Shown: positions 50,790 to 64,000 of the stretch, in pieces
Layout of the letters: every line of letters begins with the position of its first letter
How positions within the stretch are numbered: the stretch's first letter is position 1
Source: Polymyxa betae A26-41
Taxonomy: Eukaryota > Protista > Endomyxa: Phytomyxea
Length of the DNA stretch: 64,000 nucleotides
Assembly (NCBI GenBank): GCA_003693705.1
Contig: RBZT01000861.1
Coordinates: 7,126-71,125 of the forward strand
Direction: 5' to 3'
Translations under genes and position numbers: made by a program
The notes under the pieces: generated by a model
What the model was told of the DNA's origin: nothing
Database searches by the model: none
What the model saw: only the letters and a program-made list of their open reading frames with translations

Positions 50790-51048
50790 TGCAATCTAAA
50801 AGATGGTTCTCAGTATTACAACTGAGGTTGCAACAGCATTACAGTATGTTAAAGTGCATAAAAAAGTGCCTTTAGCAAACAAAATTGCGAAAAACTTCCG
50901 GTAATCCTGAAGGAGAAATAGCAAAAAAAAGACAAAATTTGGAAAAAATGACTATATTTTGCGCAGTCCGCGACGGAGTTCAATCCGGTCTTGGGAAATT
51001 GCTGATTATTCAGCTGCATTTTTTTCCATTCGATAGAGAATTGTAGCG

Positions 51049-51486
51049 ATGTCAGCTGCGGTGGAATCGTATATGTGCCCCATAGCACAGCCAGCTGCTA
51101 CCAGCAAGCTGTCTAAGCACTGTCTGAAACTTGTGAAGAAGGCCACGAAATCAAAGACCGCCCGACGTGGTGTCAAAGAAGTCGTCAAAGCTATTCGTAA
51201 AGGAGAGAAGGGGTACGTCTAGCTGAGTTCATCGTTCTTCTGGTTGTCTCACAAAGTGTTTAGAGTTTGCATTCTGGCTGGAAATATTTCCCCTGTTGAT
51301 GTCATTTCTCATATTCCTGTTCTCTGTGAGGACAATCAGATCTCGTACGTGTTTGTCCCATCGAAGGAAGAGCTCGGCGCTGCTGGCAATACCAAAAGAC
51401 CGACCAGCTGTGTTCTTATCAAGGCCGATGAATCTCACAAGGAGACCTACGACAAGGTTCTCAAAGAAATCACTGAAATGAAATAA
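51049..51486 (+). CDS. NHP2: H/ACA snoRNP subunit NHP2 (L7Ae family), one intron
   Basis: PIAQP, RRGVKEVVKAIRKGEKG, ILAGNISPVDVISHIPVLCED, VPSKEELG, TKRPTS. Confidence 0.93.
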
Positions 51487-51577
51487 ACCCCATTCCACCT
51501 ATTTTATTGTTAATACTGTATTTACAAAGCCTTCATTCGAGTTCAGTTTGTTTCAATGTGAGATTATTGCTTGCAAT

Positions 51578-53803
51578 TCAGGTATCAGTTTTGTCTTCAT
51601 TCCACCCAATAGATCGTTGGACCGCCCTATAAGTGTGTTCAATTCGAGGATTAAAAATGCTCAAAAATTGCTACCTCGTATATTGATTAAAACACTCTTC
51701 ATAGATGTGTTCTGGTTGAATTGGCTTGAATTGCTGATAGCTAGACGAGCGCTTTGCCATAAAGTCTTTCAATGAACTCCAGAACCCAACAGAGAGCCCA
51801 GCTGCGATGGCAGCCCCCAGAGCCGTGGTTTCCAGCATTGATGGTCGCTCTGTCGGAATGTGCAAGACCTCCGATTGAAGCTGCATGATGAAATCGGAAA
51901 CCGACATACCGCCATCCACACGTAATTTTGATATTGTCACATTGGAATCGCTTTCCATCGCTTTGACAACCTACACAGTATTGAGCATGATACCAACCCC
52001 GAATTTCAAGTATCACTTCTTTGATGGAGAAACATATAGATTCAAGGGCCTGCATAAGCTTAGAGGTGAAACAGAGCAGAGATCCCATTCTTACAGCTCT
52101 TGCAAGATGAGCTTTTTGAGAATACTGAGTTAGCCCAATAATCAATCTGAATAAGTAACTGAAGAAGTTAAAGGCTCTATTTTAACCTGACATACCCGCG
52201 AGCGTCATCTCTCCAATGAGGAGCAAATAAACCGCAAAACGCAGGAACGAAGTAAACGCCCCCATTGTCTTCGACAGACGAAGCAAGCTGAGCTAGAAAA
52301 GACAGTATATTTAGATAAGCACTGGAGCGGGTTCCGGTCAGAGGCTTAACTAATTTCGTGTACGTCTGAAATTAGGTTCATATTATCACGCAGCCATTGG
52401 ATAAGTGCACCAGAGTAAGCGATAGAGCCCTTAAAAACAATTAGCAGGGATCGATAATGAAGAAAATTTGTTGCCAACTTCAAGCGCGAACTGTACAAGT
52501 TCATTGGGTCCAAGCTTAGCAGTGATAGTGGTTAGCAATCCATGTTTACTCTGTATGATTTCAGATCCGGTGTTCAACAGCATAAATGCTCCCGTCCCAT
52601 ATGTGGTTTTAATGTCCCCTTTCTGAAGACACAATTGCCCAACCATAGCTGCTCATTTCAAAAGAATGAGCTGTCACAAAGAAAAGAATCTGACCTGCGT
52701 GCTGATCACCAATGCAGCCGGATATTGGAACACCATCTAGTAACGAAGCTGCGTTAATTCTGCCAATAAACTCGCTATTCCTGAAATTGAAATGAGCATC
52801 TAGAAAATTTTTTGACTTCGTGTCATTTACGAGATAATACGAGGAAGACAGGACAGTGGAATGTTCAGTTCTGAGCATATTTTCTCACTCCAAGACAGTG
52901 AGTGAAGATCAAACAGCATCGTACGCGACGCGTTCGTCAGATCCTGAAAACGCTCAGCCAACCAACAAAACCAAACTAAAAAAGGCTCGCAAATACAGTG
53001 ACATGCAATCCTCCAGAGGTGCCTCCAGTTAAATTCTGTCAACATGAAGTCGTCAGGTAGAAGTAGTATAAAAGTAGAACTTCATCACCCAGATAAGCCA
53101 GGAGTCGATTGTGCCAAAGTAGCAAGACCCTTCAGCAAATGCTTTCGCGACCGCAGGAATGTTTTCTATCATCCAAATACTGGTACTGAAATTAGAAAGT
53201 AAAGCATCCAATTAAACGGGCAACTCCACATCTTCGTTGCTGAGAAATAAGTTGATATGGGAAGGCCGCAAATGGGGCGAAAATAGTCTCTTGAACCGAA
53301 TCGCTGAGCCAATGAACTACAAACAGAGGAGGTACGTGAGTCTAACCACACTGGACAAATTGAATTGGGGAATTAGTTTGATATATAATAGCATACAGAT
53401 TGCATTGTAAAGAGGGGATCCGGATGATTTGTCCCAAACCACGACAGATTCTCGTTGGTTTGTAATACCGATCCCAACGACTTGCTCTTTTTGGAACTTT
53501 TTCATCACCTGATCCATGCAGGCTTTTGTGATGGATAGCAACATCATCGGATCATGCTCAGCCCATCTAGGATGTTATCAATGAATGTCAACGGACTGTT
53601 GCTCATGCCAACCCAGGATGCGATGAAATAATTTTGTTTTCAATCTGATGACTGTCGACAATATCCCCGGCTTCGTTAAACAACGCAAACCTGGACGGTA
53701 ATGTTCACCAAATCTACCAGACACTATGGTGGATGGCACGATACCTGGTCGACGAGGTTCCCTGATCGATGGCGCCTACGAAGCGCTTCGAAGAGCCAGA
53801 CAT
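51578..53803 (-). CDS. GK: Glycerol kinase (FGGY family), multi-exon
   Basis: [78 protein letters not shown]. Confidence 0.95.
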
Positions 53804-54080
53804 GGTTGTAATCCTTTAGAAAAGTAAGTTCAGCCAGCCAGCCCAACAGAATGAAAAATGAAATCATCATGGGCACATCAATGAGGTAACAGAACAAGGG
53901 ACGCGGCCTTCACTACGAGCTCATTACCAGTATCGCTTTGATCTGTTCAGACCTAAGCCTAGATGCAATGGCAACCTATTCTGCAAACAAAGCATAGTCG
54001 ATGAGGATGATCAGACGTTGCTGATCTGCGGACAAAACACAATGAAACCTCGAGAATTGGATATTATTTATTTGAAACGA

Positions 54081-56482
54081 CTACGACAGCTCCAGAAGAC
54101 GATTTAGGTTGGAGAAACTTCTCAGCAGTAAATCTGATTCTCCAAGCAAATCGGAGATAATGAGTTGGATCTATTGAAACGATTGAGAAAGGATAGAAGA
54201 TAGGACAAACCTTGCCATACGCTTTCACGATCTAGCTGCGACAACCAAAGCAGCAATGTCGACTTCGCTTCATCTGTCTGATGGTGTATTGGCGTAATCA
54301 AGAAACCTGAGGTCACCGATGCTCGTAGAGCTTTGTTCCCTTTCAATACTGACCGTTTGACAATGGAAAACGAACCATCCGATTCCGTTCTCCAGCAACG
54401 AACCAGGGTAAGATCGAATGGTTTCGACGAGGCGGATTCCCCGAGATATAATTCCTCAACAATCTGAGAAACATTCAGTTCAACCGTCGCCGACAAAGGA
54501 CTTACAATACATCGATATTATCATCAATTCGCTGAACAATTTGAGTGGAGTGGATTTTCAAATCCCATTCTTTTCGACGCCTTTCATCAAGAATCAGGTT
54601 GAAAACGGCCGTTGGGTCAGCAGAAAGAGCAGCTGCCAGACGGACGATATATTGGCCTTCAGAGATTTGTTTGTGGACGATCTGGTATGAGGTCAGTCAG
54701 CATTCACTTTTGTGTACACAAGGCATTGGAACCTGGATAAGACTGGAGTTGTGCGTTAATGGCACAGAAACTGTTTTCCAACCTTGGTCAGAAGAAGCAG
54801 CATTGTGCAATGTTTCGAAAGCTGACTTGGATATCTAAGCCAAGATGAACAACAAGCAGCAAAAACTACATAATCGCACATTTTGACAATATTGAACAGT
54901 TAATTTGGGAGAGTCGTCAGATCGCTCGTGCTGTCGATCAACAAGTAGTCCATGATCCTCAGCAACGATTGCCTTCCGTTGAACCCATCGTTGAAACTGT
55001 ACATTCATCCACTGAGCAACTAATAAGACTGGAGTTCTTCAACGTTGAACCTCTTGGCGGGCTGTAACATCCAATAAACATTTCTACAGCAGATTCAGAG
55101 TTCACTATGTAGCCAGTACAAATGACTGACATCTGCTGTCCAGCCAGGCACCGTCTGAGATAAGATATACGCCAGTTGAAAGGCTGGGCTTGCTCGGTCG
55201 TAGATGATATGACGGTGAAGGTTAAGCTTCTTGACGGTTGAAAGATCAAATGTTGCCACGACCTCAAGAAACTGTTGGGCATCTGACGACATAATAAGCG
55301 AAAGTGAAACTAAACGGGAATAGTATAAACCTTTATTCTTCTCGACGTCCAGTAGCCTACAGATGAAGTCGAGGGCTGCCTTGCTAGACACCATCGAGTA
55401 ATTGAGATCGCCACAGGCCCATATTAACCTATAAATTATAAGGTTATCGACGAGCTAGAAACTCACCTAAGCCTTAAACTGACCCCAGTTCTTTAGCACT
55501 TGAACCCTCAAATAGAATAATTATCAATTCTGATGTGAATCCTGATGGGAATGTCAGGCGATTGGAAATCGCAACCTAGATACGTAATTACTTGGTCTCG
55601 ATGAGAAATAATATTGTTGAAATGTCCTGATCGCATGAACTCTTTGCAAATTTTAATCCAATTGCAGAGATGAACGTCAAATGATTACTTATTAGGAATC
55701 GTATTTAGCACTGTGATGAAATCTCGAACTTTCCGCTCTTCAGCTGAGACATTACCCCCTCGACGTTTCGTCGACAATGCAGATGTATCGATATCCTTGC
55801 TTGGAGAGACATCGCGGCCACTAAATTACGTATTATATTTCGATTGTACCGGTGATAGCTTGGCACCAACGTTGAAGGAGATGGCGTGCTGGAATCACTT
55901 TGTTTGATCAGCATCGGGCGCACGCTATCGGGAACAGCAAGAAACTGAAGAACACAAGGTAGACTAACTAAAGTACGAGATCTCAATAGTTCAGTGAGAT
56001 ATGCTAAATAAAGAAATTAGGGAAGGCTAACAAAGAATTATTGGTTGGAACCTTGCAACTCAAGCTTTCGCTTTTCGACAAAATCAACTGCCAATGATCT
56101 GGTTAGGCTAAAAGGATATTAAACGTTGCCTTATGGGTCATTTAATCGCTGTTTACCGCTTGGGAGGAAGATAGGGAAGGCGGATTGTGCCATCTTGACC
56201 ATTAGTAGCAATTTTCAAAAGCTGACCAGAAATTAGTCGAAATGGTTGGAGAACCAGTTAGGAAGTTGAGCCAACCTCTTGATGTAAAGCGAAGAAATCG
56301 GAATACCTTCTGTAAATAACCCATTTAATCGTCGAGCTAGATCGAACTTCAATTTCATAGATCTTAGCATGGAATTAGCGCGATGCCAGCAGAGACTATC
56401 AAATCAGCCATACAGTATAGGGCGTCTTCTGGTCTCGGACGGTATTGCTGGCGGTCAGTTGACAGTAGATTGGATATTCCAT
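54081..56482 (-). CDS. PX domain + central helical region + START domain protein, multi-exon
   Basis: N-terminal YEIEV...WVIYRRYSDFFALHQEL...LPYLPPKR...FVEKRKLELQAYLTELL (PX); C-terminal AVFNLILDERRRKEWD...IVQRIDDNIDV...DLTLVRCWR...SGFLITP (START). Confidence 0.8.
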
Positions 56483-56784
56483 GGAGACGATGACACTGTT
56501 TTAGCAAGAAGAAATGCATTTAGCGGAATGCGGGTTTCATGGATCATGATTGGGAGTTAAAATACATTTTGGAATGAAAGTAATCGCACCAAAGAGCTGC
56601 CACGATTTATAAAAATCTACCGATTGTTCGAGTCTACAATTCTCCTTTATGTCAAGTACAATAGATAACATTTACTCCAAACTGAAGAGAATACGAAGTA
56701 TAGATTGAAAATCGCAATGTTAATACTGTTATATATATAGTAGCAAGACACAATTTGGACATATTCATCATTACAGTACTAACA

Positions 56785-57467
56785 CTACTCGGCATCCCAG
56801 CTGGCCTCCACAATTTCATTGATCCGGCGATCGTATTCCCTGCGATTTTCTTGGTACAGACGAGCAGCTTCAAGATTGGCGGGTGAATTAGGATTCGGAT
56901 CTGTTAGAAGCGACTGAATCGACGTCAAAATCGCAGCAATGTCGTAAATCGGACTCCATTGATTTTGCAGGATACTTGAAAGCATCGTCAGTATAATAGA
57001 AAACAACAACTTTAGGTCGAATTACTCTAAACAGATCGCACCGTCAGCATAAACTAAGAAGAAATCAATATTGGAAAACGCTATCGGCATATCGGCAGTG
57101 ACGTACTATTGGGATGAAACATTTTCGTTAAAAATTTCACTTTGGGGGCTTTGTTAGGATATTCTTCAGTAAACGCGAGTGTGAGCTTAAAAGTCCCTCC
57201 TTCCCAGGGAGTATCTAACCATAATGAGATCACGTGTTGAAACGACTCATAAAAAGCAGCTACCATCTGGCCTGTATCAAAAAGGATTAGCTCAAACTGT
57301 AAGATAGCAAAATATCGATTACGAAAACAACAAGCGGCGCACCCGAATATAACAGCATTCCAAAGCATGATATTATCCTGGTTTGGAGCACCGGTGACGC
57401 CTTGCGGCGGGTCGTTTTGAAGGCGACGAAAGTCCCTCATGAGACGGCGGCGCGCTGGAGTCGACAT
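56785..57467 (-). CDS. RAD6: Ubiquitin-conjugating enzyme E2 RAD6/UBC2, with an 8-nt microexon
   Basis: [58 protein letters not shown]. Confidence 0.96.
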
Positions 57468-57887
57468 CTTCCCGATGTATTTGCGAAACCAAAACAGACA
57501 CAACGGCAAGCAAAATTGAAGAATGATCTCAAAGAGTCCCCAACACGGACTTACAATACAGGTGGCCTTTCAGGTATAGCAAACATCTTATCCAGCGTCA
57601 GACAACACAAATCCCTCTGAAACCTTACTGAAAGGTCAAGTACAACCTGCATTCGTTATCCTGTATCTTCCCTCATGACCCGTTTCCTTCGAGGTTTTTG
57701 ACAATCACCTTGCAGGATGTTCAAATGCTATGATCGGTGGCAATTAGTCTTCTGTGGTTGATTCAGCAGCCTTATATTTAACAAAGTTGCTGCTTCCATT
57801 ATACAGCATTGCTTAAAAACAGTTGCGTTAACATGATGATAATATGAAGATAAATGTTGCTCTATTTTTCTCAAATATTTCGCTGTC

Positions 57888-58583
57888 TCAGAAGTGAGGC
57901 GGACTCTTCCCGAATCCCAGATCCAGTTCAGTTCGTGTCAATAGGTATCGGAGCCGTCTTCGCTCCTTGAAAATGTCCAGAATGCCAGCGATCACGTCTA
58001 TCTCGTCATCGCTGAGCCCTTCATTCAACCCTCTGGATTCTCAAATACACGGTAGAGGTCGTATCTTGGCTACTAGTCTGTAGGTAACAATCGCTTAGCA
58101 TCTGCAACTGAGAGAGAAGATATCATCGCCCAAGCATCTCATTATATTCGACAGCATTCTCGCTCGGAATCCCAAGCAAAAGATTTCACTGCAGGTTTGG
58201 ACAGATTCCTCGACTTTGTATTGCCTGAACGGCTGCCTAGAGTTACTTGATTCGGTTCTGAATAGTCTGCGAGACAAGATTCATGAAGTTGAACAAACCC
58301 AATGGATGTTTGAAGGCGGCTCTCCTTTTCGGTAACGGCTAATCACGTTTTGAAAAGACAAAATTTATCAGCAATGACAAAGCAATTTCCATTTCACTAA
58401 ATAACATAAGATGTCATAAGCAATTCCATTATTCTCCATTAGCGTTTCTGAAAGCTCGCTTATGAATGTATTGTGAACAATCGTAAAATTCATTGGGGTT
58501 GGTTTAGTAATAACACGCGCGTTCTCGGAAACAGTCTCTAGCTCTAGGGCCTCGGCGTCTGCTCTTGGTAGGCAGCGGTTCAT
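57888..58583 (-). CDS. Hypothetical multi-exon protein head-to-head with SMC5
   Basis: Protein-like first exon MNRCLPRADAE...YDILCYL and last exon GLSDDEIDVIAGILDIFKERRRLRYLL...; internal exon structure unresolved. Confidence 0.35.
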
Positions 58584-58670
58584 TGAATCTGGTGCTGCTG
58601 CCGACGCTCTTAGGAAGCAGCGCTCAGATATCTGCACTGTTGCCTTTGTCTATCAAACCACGTTGCAGCC

Positions 58671-61600
58671 ATGGCCGAGTTTATGAATGGGGCCATTCGT
58701 AAAGTCATCCTGCATGATTTCGGTATTTTCTGCCCCTGTTTTTAGATAATGTTGTGTAGATTTGCATAGGTTTTCTGTTTGTTGAAGATTGTTGATGAAC
58801 TTAATTAATGCATTTTTGCAGTTACATACTCGGACGTTGAATTCACTCCTGGACCTGGGCTAAATCTCATAGTTGGTCCAAACGGCTCTGGTATGGCCCA
58901 ATTCGTTCAGAGATATAAATTTTAAACTTCTGTTTAGGAAAATCTTCGATCGTTTGTGCATTATGTTTAGGATTAGGAGGAAGCACTTCGGTATGGGTTC
59001 TGATGGTTCTTTAAATTCACTGTTAGTGATGGTCTTCTAGTCATTAGGTCGCGCTGACAAGATTGGCGATTTCATCAAACGCGGCTGCCAGTCTGGTTTG
59101 TTTCTTTGAAAGCAACCTGATTGTATCATATTGATAGCGTTTCGCAGCTTACACTGAGATTCATCTACAGAACGATAAAGAGCCATCGAAAGTCACAGTT
59201 ATTCGGCGTGTTTTTACTGGAAATAAGTCCAAATACTTTGTCAACAACCGTACTTCCACTGAAAAACATGTTCACCAAATCACCGCTTTCTTAAATATTC
59301 AAGTCGATAACCTTTGTCAGTTCTTGGCTCAAGAACGGGTTCGTTGTTTCGTGTGCTGTAAACGATGTGGTGCTGAGTTGTACAGGTCGGGGAATTCGCC
59401 AAGCTGGAGCCGCGCGGTTTGCTCAAGGATACCGAGAAGGCTGCCGACCGAGGACAGCTTTACGAACAGCATATGAAGCTTATCGAATTGCGTAAGCAAG
59501 AAAAGGAAGCCAGAGTGGAAATGGAAACTTCCCGAACCGAACTTGAAAGAAAGCAGACGCAGCTAGCTGTAAATTTTTCGTTCCGTTTCTGGGGATTTCA
59601 GCCCTAAACATTTTAATAGTCCCTGAAAGTTGAAGTCGACCGACTTCGTCAGCGATCGGATTTGCAGATTAAGCTGAAGTTGCTAAAAAAGAAAGTGCCC
59701 TGGATTGAGTTCGAAAACATGAAGGATTACGCTCGACAAATTAACGAAGAGAAAAAGGCTGCGGATGCCGCTTTAGAAAAAATCAAAAAGCAGCAAGAAC
59801 CTCTACGGTAGATTGGCTCTTTCCTCTTTCGAAATTTGTACTCAGAATCCTCTATACAGCAATATCATCGCTTCCGTTCGGGAATCGCAGCAGGCTCGCA
59901 AAGAGGATTACGATCGGGTGCATAAGTTGTGCAGACAACTTGAGCAGAAGTACAATGGACAAAAGAACAAATGTCAAACCTATGAAGTTGATGTCCAAGC
60001 ATTAGGTATTTGAAGTTTGTTATTCATGATAAATTTCATTTAACTTCTGCGTGCTGCAGGCGATGAATTAATTCAAGTCGAAAGGCGAGCCGAGGAGATG
60101 CAACGAGAGGTGATAATTTTCACATTGTATTTCCTGCATATCTTCATTGCGTCTACTCAGATCACTTCAAAGAACAACCAGATATCAGATTTGGAAGAAA
60201 AACTCAATTCCCTTTCGGATCCTGAAGTTCGTGTTCTCGTCTTTTCCTGCAAACGTCGGGCTTATACATCTTCTAGACGATACTGCAAGAATTACGGGAG
60301 ATACACGCTAAGAAGGAAGAGTTGAAGATCACTCAGAATACTTTATCCGCCGAGTTACGTGATTTGGATGATCGTATGGCGTTGGTGCAGCGTGAGAAAA
60401 ACCGTTTCTTATCACAACTGAAAATTTTTGAATCGGATCGCGAACGCCGGAGCGCCAAGTTATTCAGTCTTTTCGGAAGAAATGGATTAGAACAGGATTG
60501 CAGGAAATTTATGGATTGGCTGGATAGACAAGGCAGATCTCAGTGCAAGGGCACTGTCTTTGGCCCGCTTGGTCTAGAAGTGCATTGCGCGATTCCTGGT
60601 GCCGAGAAGTACATCGAAAGTTCCATTCCCAGGAACATGATGCTTGGTTTCGTGGTCGAAAACGACGACGACTGGAAGGTGCTGTCGAAAGCCAAGCAAG
60701 AAATGAGAGTTCGTGTGAACATCGCATCAGCTCCCAAAGAACAGCTTGGACAGCTTGGACATCAATGCTCGCTTCCAGAAGGCGTTCATTGGCTTGATGA
60801 TGCCATTGAAGGTGAATCTGTCTGCTATACCCTATGTTAGTGTTTACCTGCGATCTGTAGGGCCTGAAACTGTTCTGCAATATTTACGAGCGAGCTTTGG
60901 CTTGAATAACGTCGCCTGGACACATTCATCTAACATCTCTCCGCAATCTGTTTTGAAACAAAACCCTAATGTGACATTCGCTTTCTTGCTTGTTGAATCT
61001 GCCTGACAGCGTCGTTTAGGACCGCCGTCCCGGAAAGTTCTTCTTTGGTAATCAGCTGGCACAAGTTACGATTTCGCGTTATGGCAACCGGGAAAAGTCT
61101 TTTGGCGTCGAACGAGTTAATGATGCCCAGTTTCTTACTCAATCAACTGATAATTCCGTCGTAGCCGAACTATCGGTAAGCATGGTTTGATTGTCTGACC
61201 AAGAAATGATGGTGTCTGTTATAGGCAAAAGTTGCGGAATTGGATTCTGAATTCAATGAGTTAGCTTCTGAGAAAAGCGAAGTTTCGAGCCGCCTCTCGC
61301 CTATTGCTCGTATGCAAAAGGTACATGGCACTTTGCAATTTATTATCGTTACGTTGATCGTATTTTAACAGGAGCTCAACACAGCTAGTGGGGATTTGAA
61401 CAACAAAGAGAAGCAGCGAAAGAGCTGGAGTCTCACTATCCAGAGCCTCATTCGTTCCAGGGACTCCATTGTTAATCAAGTTCGAATTTGGTTTTGGTAA
61501 CGGCGCCGATCGTTGATCGTTTGTGTCCATAGGCGAAGGATCCCGAAGGAGAAAAGCGAGATATTAAACAGAAGATTGGACAAGTCACTCAGAAACGCAT

Positions 61601-62678
61601 GAAGGCTCTTCAGGAGATTGTGTATACCATCAGGGATCTGAATACGGCATTAGAAGAACAATCTAGTGCTTCTCTCGCGAAAGTTCACACTACCGAGTTG
61701 GTATCCGTGGTGCAAAAAAGTCTCTCGCAGCAATCAGCTGCTCTTCGCAATGCTGAAGAGGTTTTTTCATGCTCTTAACTTCTGTTTGTGATTCTTATCT
61801 TAGTTTAGGGAGCGGCAAGAGCGAAAGAAGCCCTCAAAACCGCTGCTAAGAAGGCGTCTCAGCAGAAAGCTATCGCTGAGAAACAGGCACCTCTTGAAAA
61901 ATATAAAGAGAAGTTTGAGGACCTTCCCAATACTGTGGAGGAAATCGAAAGAGAGCAGATTCGAATTCAAGCTCGGATCGATGCTGTCGTTGGAGACGAC
62001 AGTGTCGTTACCCGTTATAAATCCCTGGAGAAAGATATATCAGCTCTTCTGCAAAAGCAAGAGCACTACGATTCCAAGCACCGTGAGCAGTTGAACGAAA
62101 TCAATTCCATCAAAGAAGAATGGGTCAAGAAATTGGATGAGATGACCGAAACAATTTCCAGGACCTATAAGCGGTACTTTAACAGGTTCAGTTGCGATGG
62201 TGAGGTGCATCTGTTGAAGGCCGACGACGAATCCGATTGGGGCATGAGCGTCAGAGTTCGGTTTCGCAGCGGGGATCTTCAGCAGCTAAGCCAGTGTCGC
62301 CAATCCGGTGGAGAACGCTCTGTCGCCACCATGCTGTACTTACTAGCCCTGCAAAGTGTCACCCAATGTCCCTTTCGAGTTGTCGATGAGATCAACCAAG
62401 GAATGGACGCTATTAACGAAAGAAATGTCTTTAGTCAACTCGTCGAGTGCTCGACAGGGGAGGGCACGCCTCAGATCTTCTGCATCACCCCCAAACTGCT
62501 ACCACACCTTGATTTCACCGCTGCTATTACTACGTATGTGGAAGATTGTGATCTGTGTTTTGCAGCTTGCTCATCTGTTTTTAGTTTGGTTGTCTGCAAC
62601 GGCCCCTGGAATTTGCCGCAAAGCGTTATGGATATGAAACAGGTGGTTGAAGCTGTTAAGCGCCGGCGCCTGAGATGA
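58671..62678 (+). CDS. SMC5: Structural maintenance of chromosomes protein 5, many introns
   Basis: [92 protein letters not shown]. Confidence 0.96.
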
Positions 62679-64000
62679 TAATCGATCTACCGCTGCATGT
62701 TGCCATAAAATTGTCTTAGATAAACTGTTCTTATTAATTAAGGGGCTATTCAAAGGTAGCTCATAAGTCATATAATCTAATTCAGCCAATTCATATGCGT
62801 GACGACTAAAAGGTCCAACCCTGATTGAAAAATACAGTATGCCAAGGGAATCGTCGAAGATTGATGCAGAATGTGACTTTTCTTGAGAGTGAAGGTCCCA
62901 TAACGCATTTTACCATTTCTGTTGCACACCTCAAATTCGCAATACCCGGACCCATATTCCAACCGGGGTTCTTGGGCGAAGGGGATGTGCCCGTAGTTTG
63001 ATGGCGATTTATGTTAAACCCTAACATAGGTTCCTTGTCGGCTTGCTTCGGCGTTTGTCTCGAGTGCCATTTGTGTCTGAGTATCATCGCCACTGGACAG
63101 TTTTCTTGGTGCTGTTTCTGTCCATAAAAGCGAAAAAACCGTGCCTATATTCGTCGCTGCTGGAATTCGGGATATCCCAGTATGGAAACGCTTATGCAAA
63201 GATTTCGATCTGCTCCATGGGACAACCGAGTCCCCGAAGATCCCTGGTACTTTTTACGAATGTCGATTATCGAGACACATTATTGTTGCAAATGAATTCG
63301 TTGTTCACTCAATTCGGGAAACTGAAAACAACGCTGTGCATTTCCTAAGATCCAGGAACCTAGATCTTACACTTGTTACAGTATATAATAATAGTTCATT
63401 AGCACATACTGGCGCCCAGTCAAAGTTAGAAACCTTATCAAAATATATAGAAAAATAAACAGAATGGCACACTTTTTGGCGAATTTATATATAGAGTACC
63501 GTAGCACACTTTCTTGATTATTCATAAATGGCGAAGATATCGCGCACTTTATAACATTCAATTTTCATTTATTGCGATTTTCACTTATTTTGTCCATCCC
63601 CGCTGAGATAAGGCCTCATTTATAAAAGTCCGTAGCTGTTTAAAAACTGCGAGGCCCGATTTAGGTTTGACCTGCGGGCAAGGCTGGAGACTGCCTTTTC
63701 AGTGGGACTATAGCACTTTCTACTAAAGAGACAGACTTTTGTAACAGAATCTGTATTTCGACAGCTATATTAATACAGAACCTGACAGTATCCCGCGCAA
63801 AGAGCGCCTGATTAATTCCTAAAGAGGCCCAAATAGACTATTCAGGGCTTTTTGACCCTTTCTGCATGGGGTTAAAACGGAGAGAATCCCGGTTCTTTAA
63901 TCATACCTCCGTGACCCCGTCTTGGGCAGGGATCAGTATTGTTAGGCCACGGACCCCCTTTTAATATTTTGTGTGGGCTGGAGGCTACGGTAATTTCCAC

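Overview
Gene-dense eukaryotic (protist) genomic DNA with about 30 protein-coding genes. Most are split by short (~45-60 nt) GT-AG introns that have very degenerate donors, so the ORF track is fragmented and the gene models below were spliced by hand. Genes recognised: eIF3m, an intronless GC-rich FAD monooxygenase, mitochondrial Kae1/OSGEPL1, sideroflexin, MRG15/Eaf3, a longin-like protein, RPN1, TTC29, an SRSF10/SCL-type SR protein, a non-canonical thiolase-fold protein, iPGM, DeSI-PUL, ABCE1, Tom22, importin-5, CDC123, a degenerate OTC-like protein, dTMP kinase, RFC4, prenylcysteine oxidase, two tandem SCCPDH-like genes, HIBADH, NHP2, glycerol kinase, a PX-START protein, RAD6/UBC2 and SMC5. 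Compact architecture, a flagellar gene (TTC29) and interstitial TTTTAGGG-type repeats suggest a phytomyxid-like rhizarian; this is inference, not verified. The best novelty candidate is an ORF-free segment at ~10900-11280. There a telomere-complementary 16-mer, flanked by 5' hairpins and a 3' H-type pseudoknot, is enclosed by a 15-bp long-range helix, which is the layout of a telomerase RNA core (speculative). Other highlights: a probable pseudo-enzyme OTC, a thiolase lacking its catalytic Cys/His, a PX+START lipid-transfer architecture, an 8-nt microexon in RAD6, and telo-box-like promoter motifs. No tRNA, rRNA, CRISPR array or intact transposon was found.
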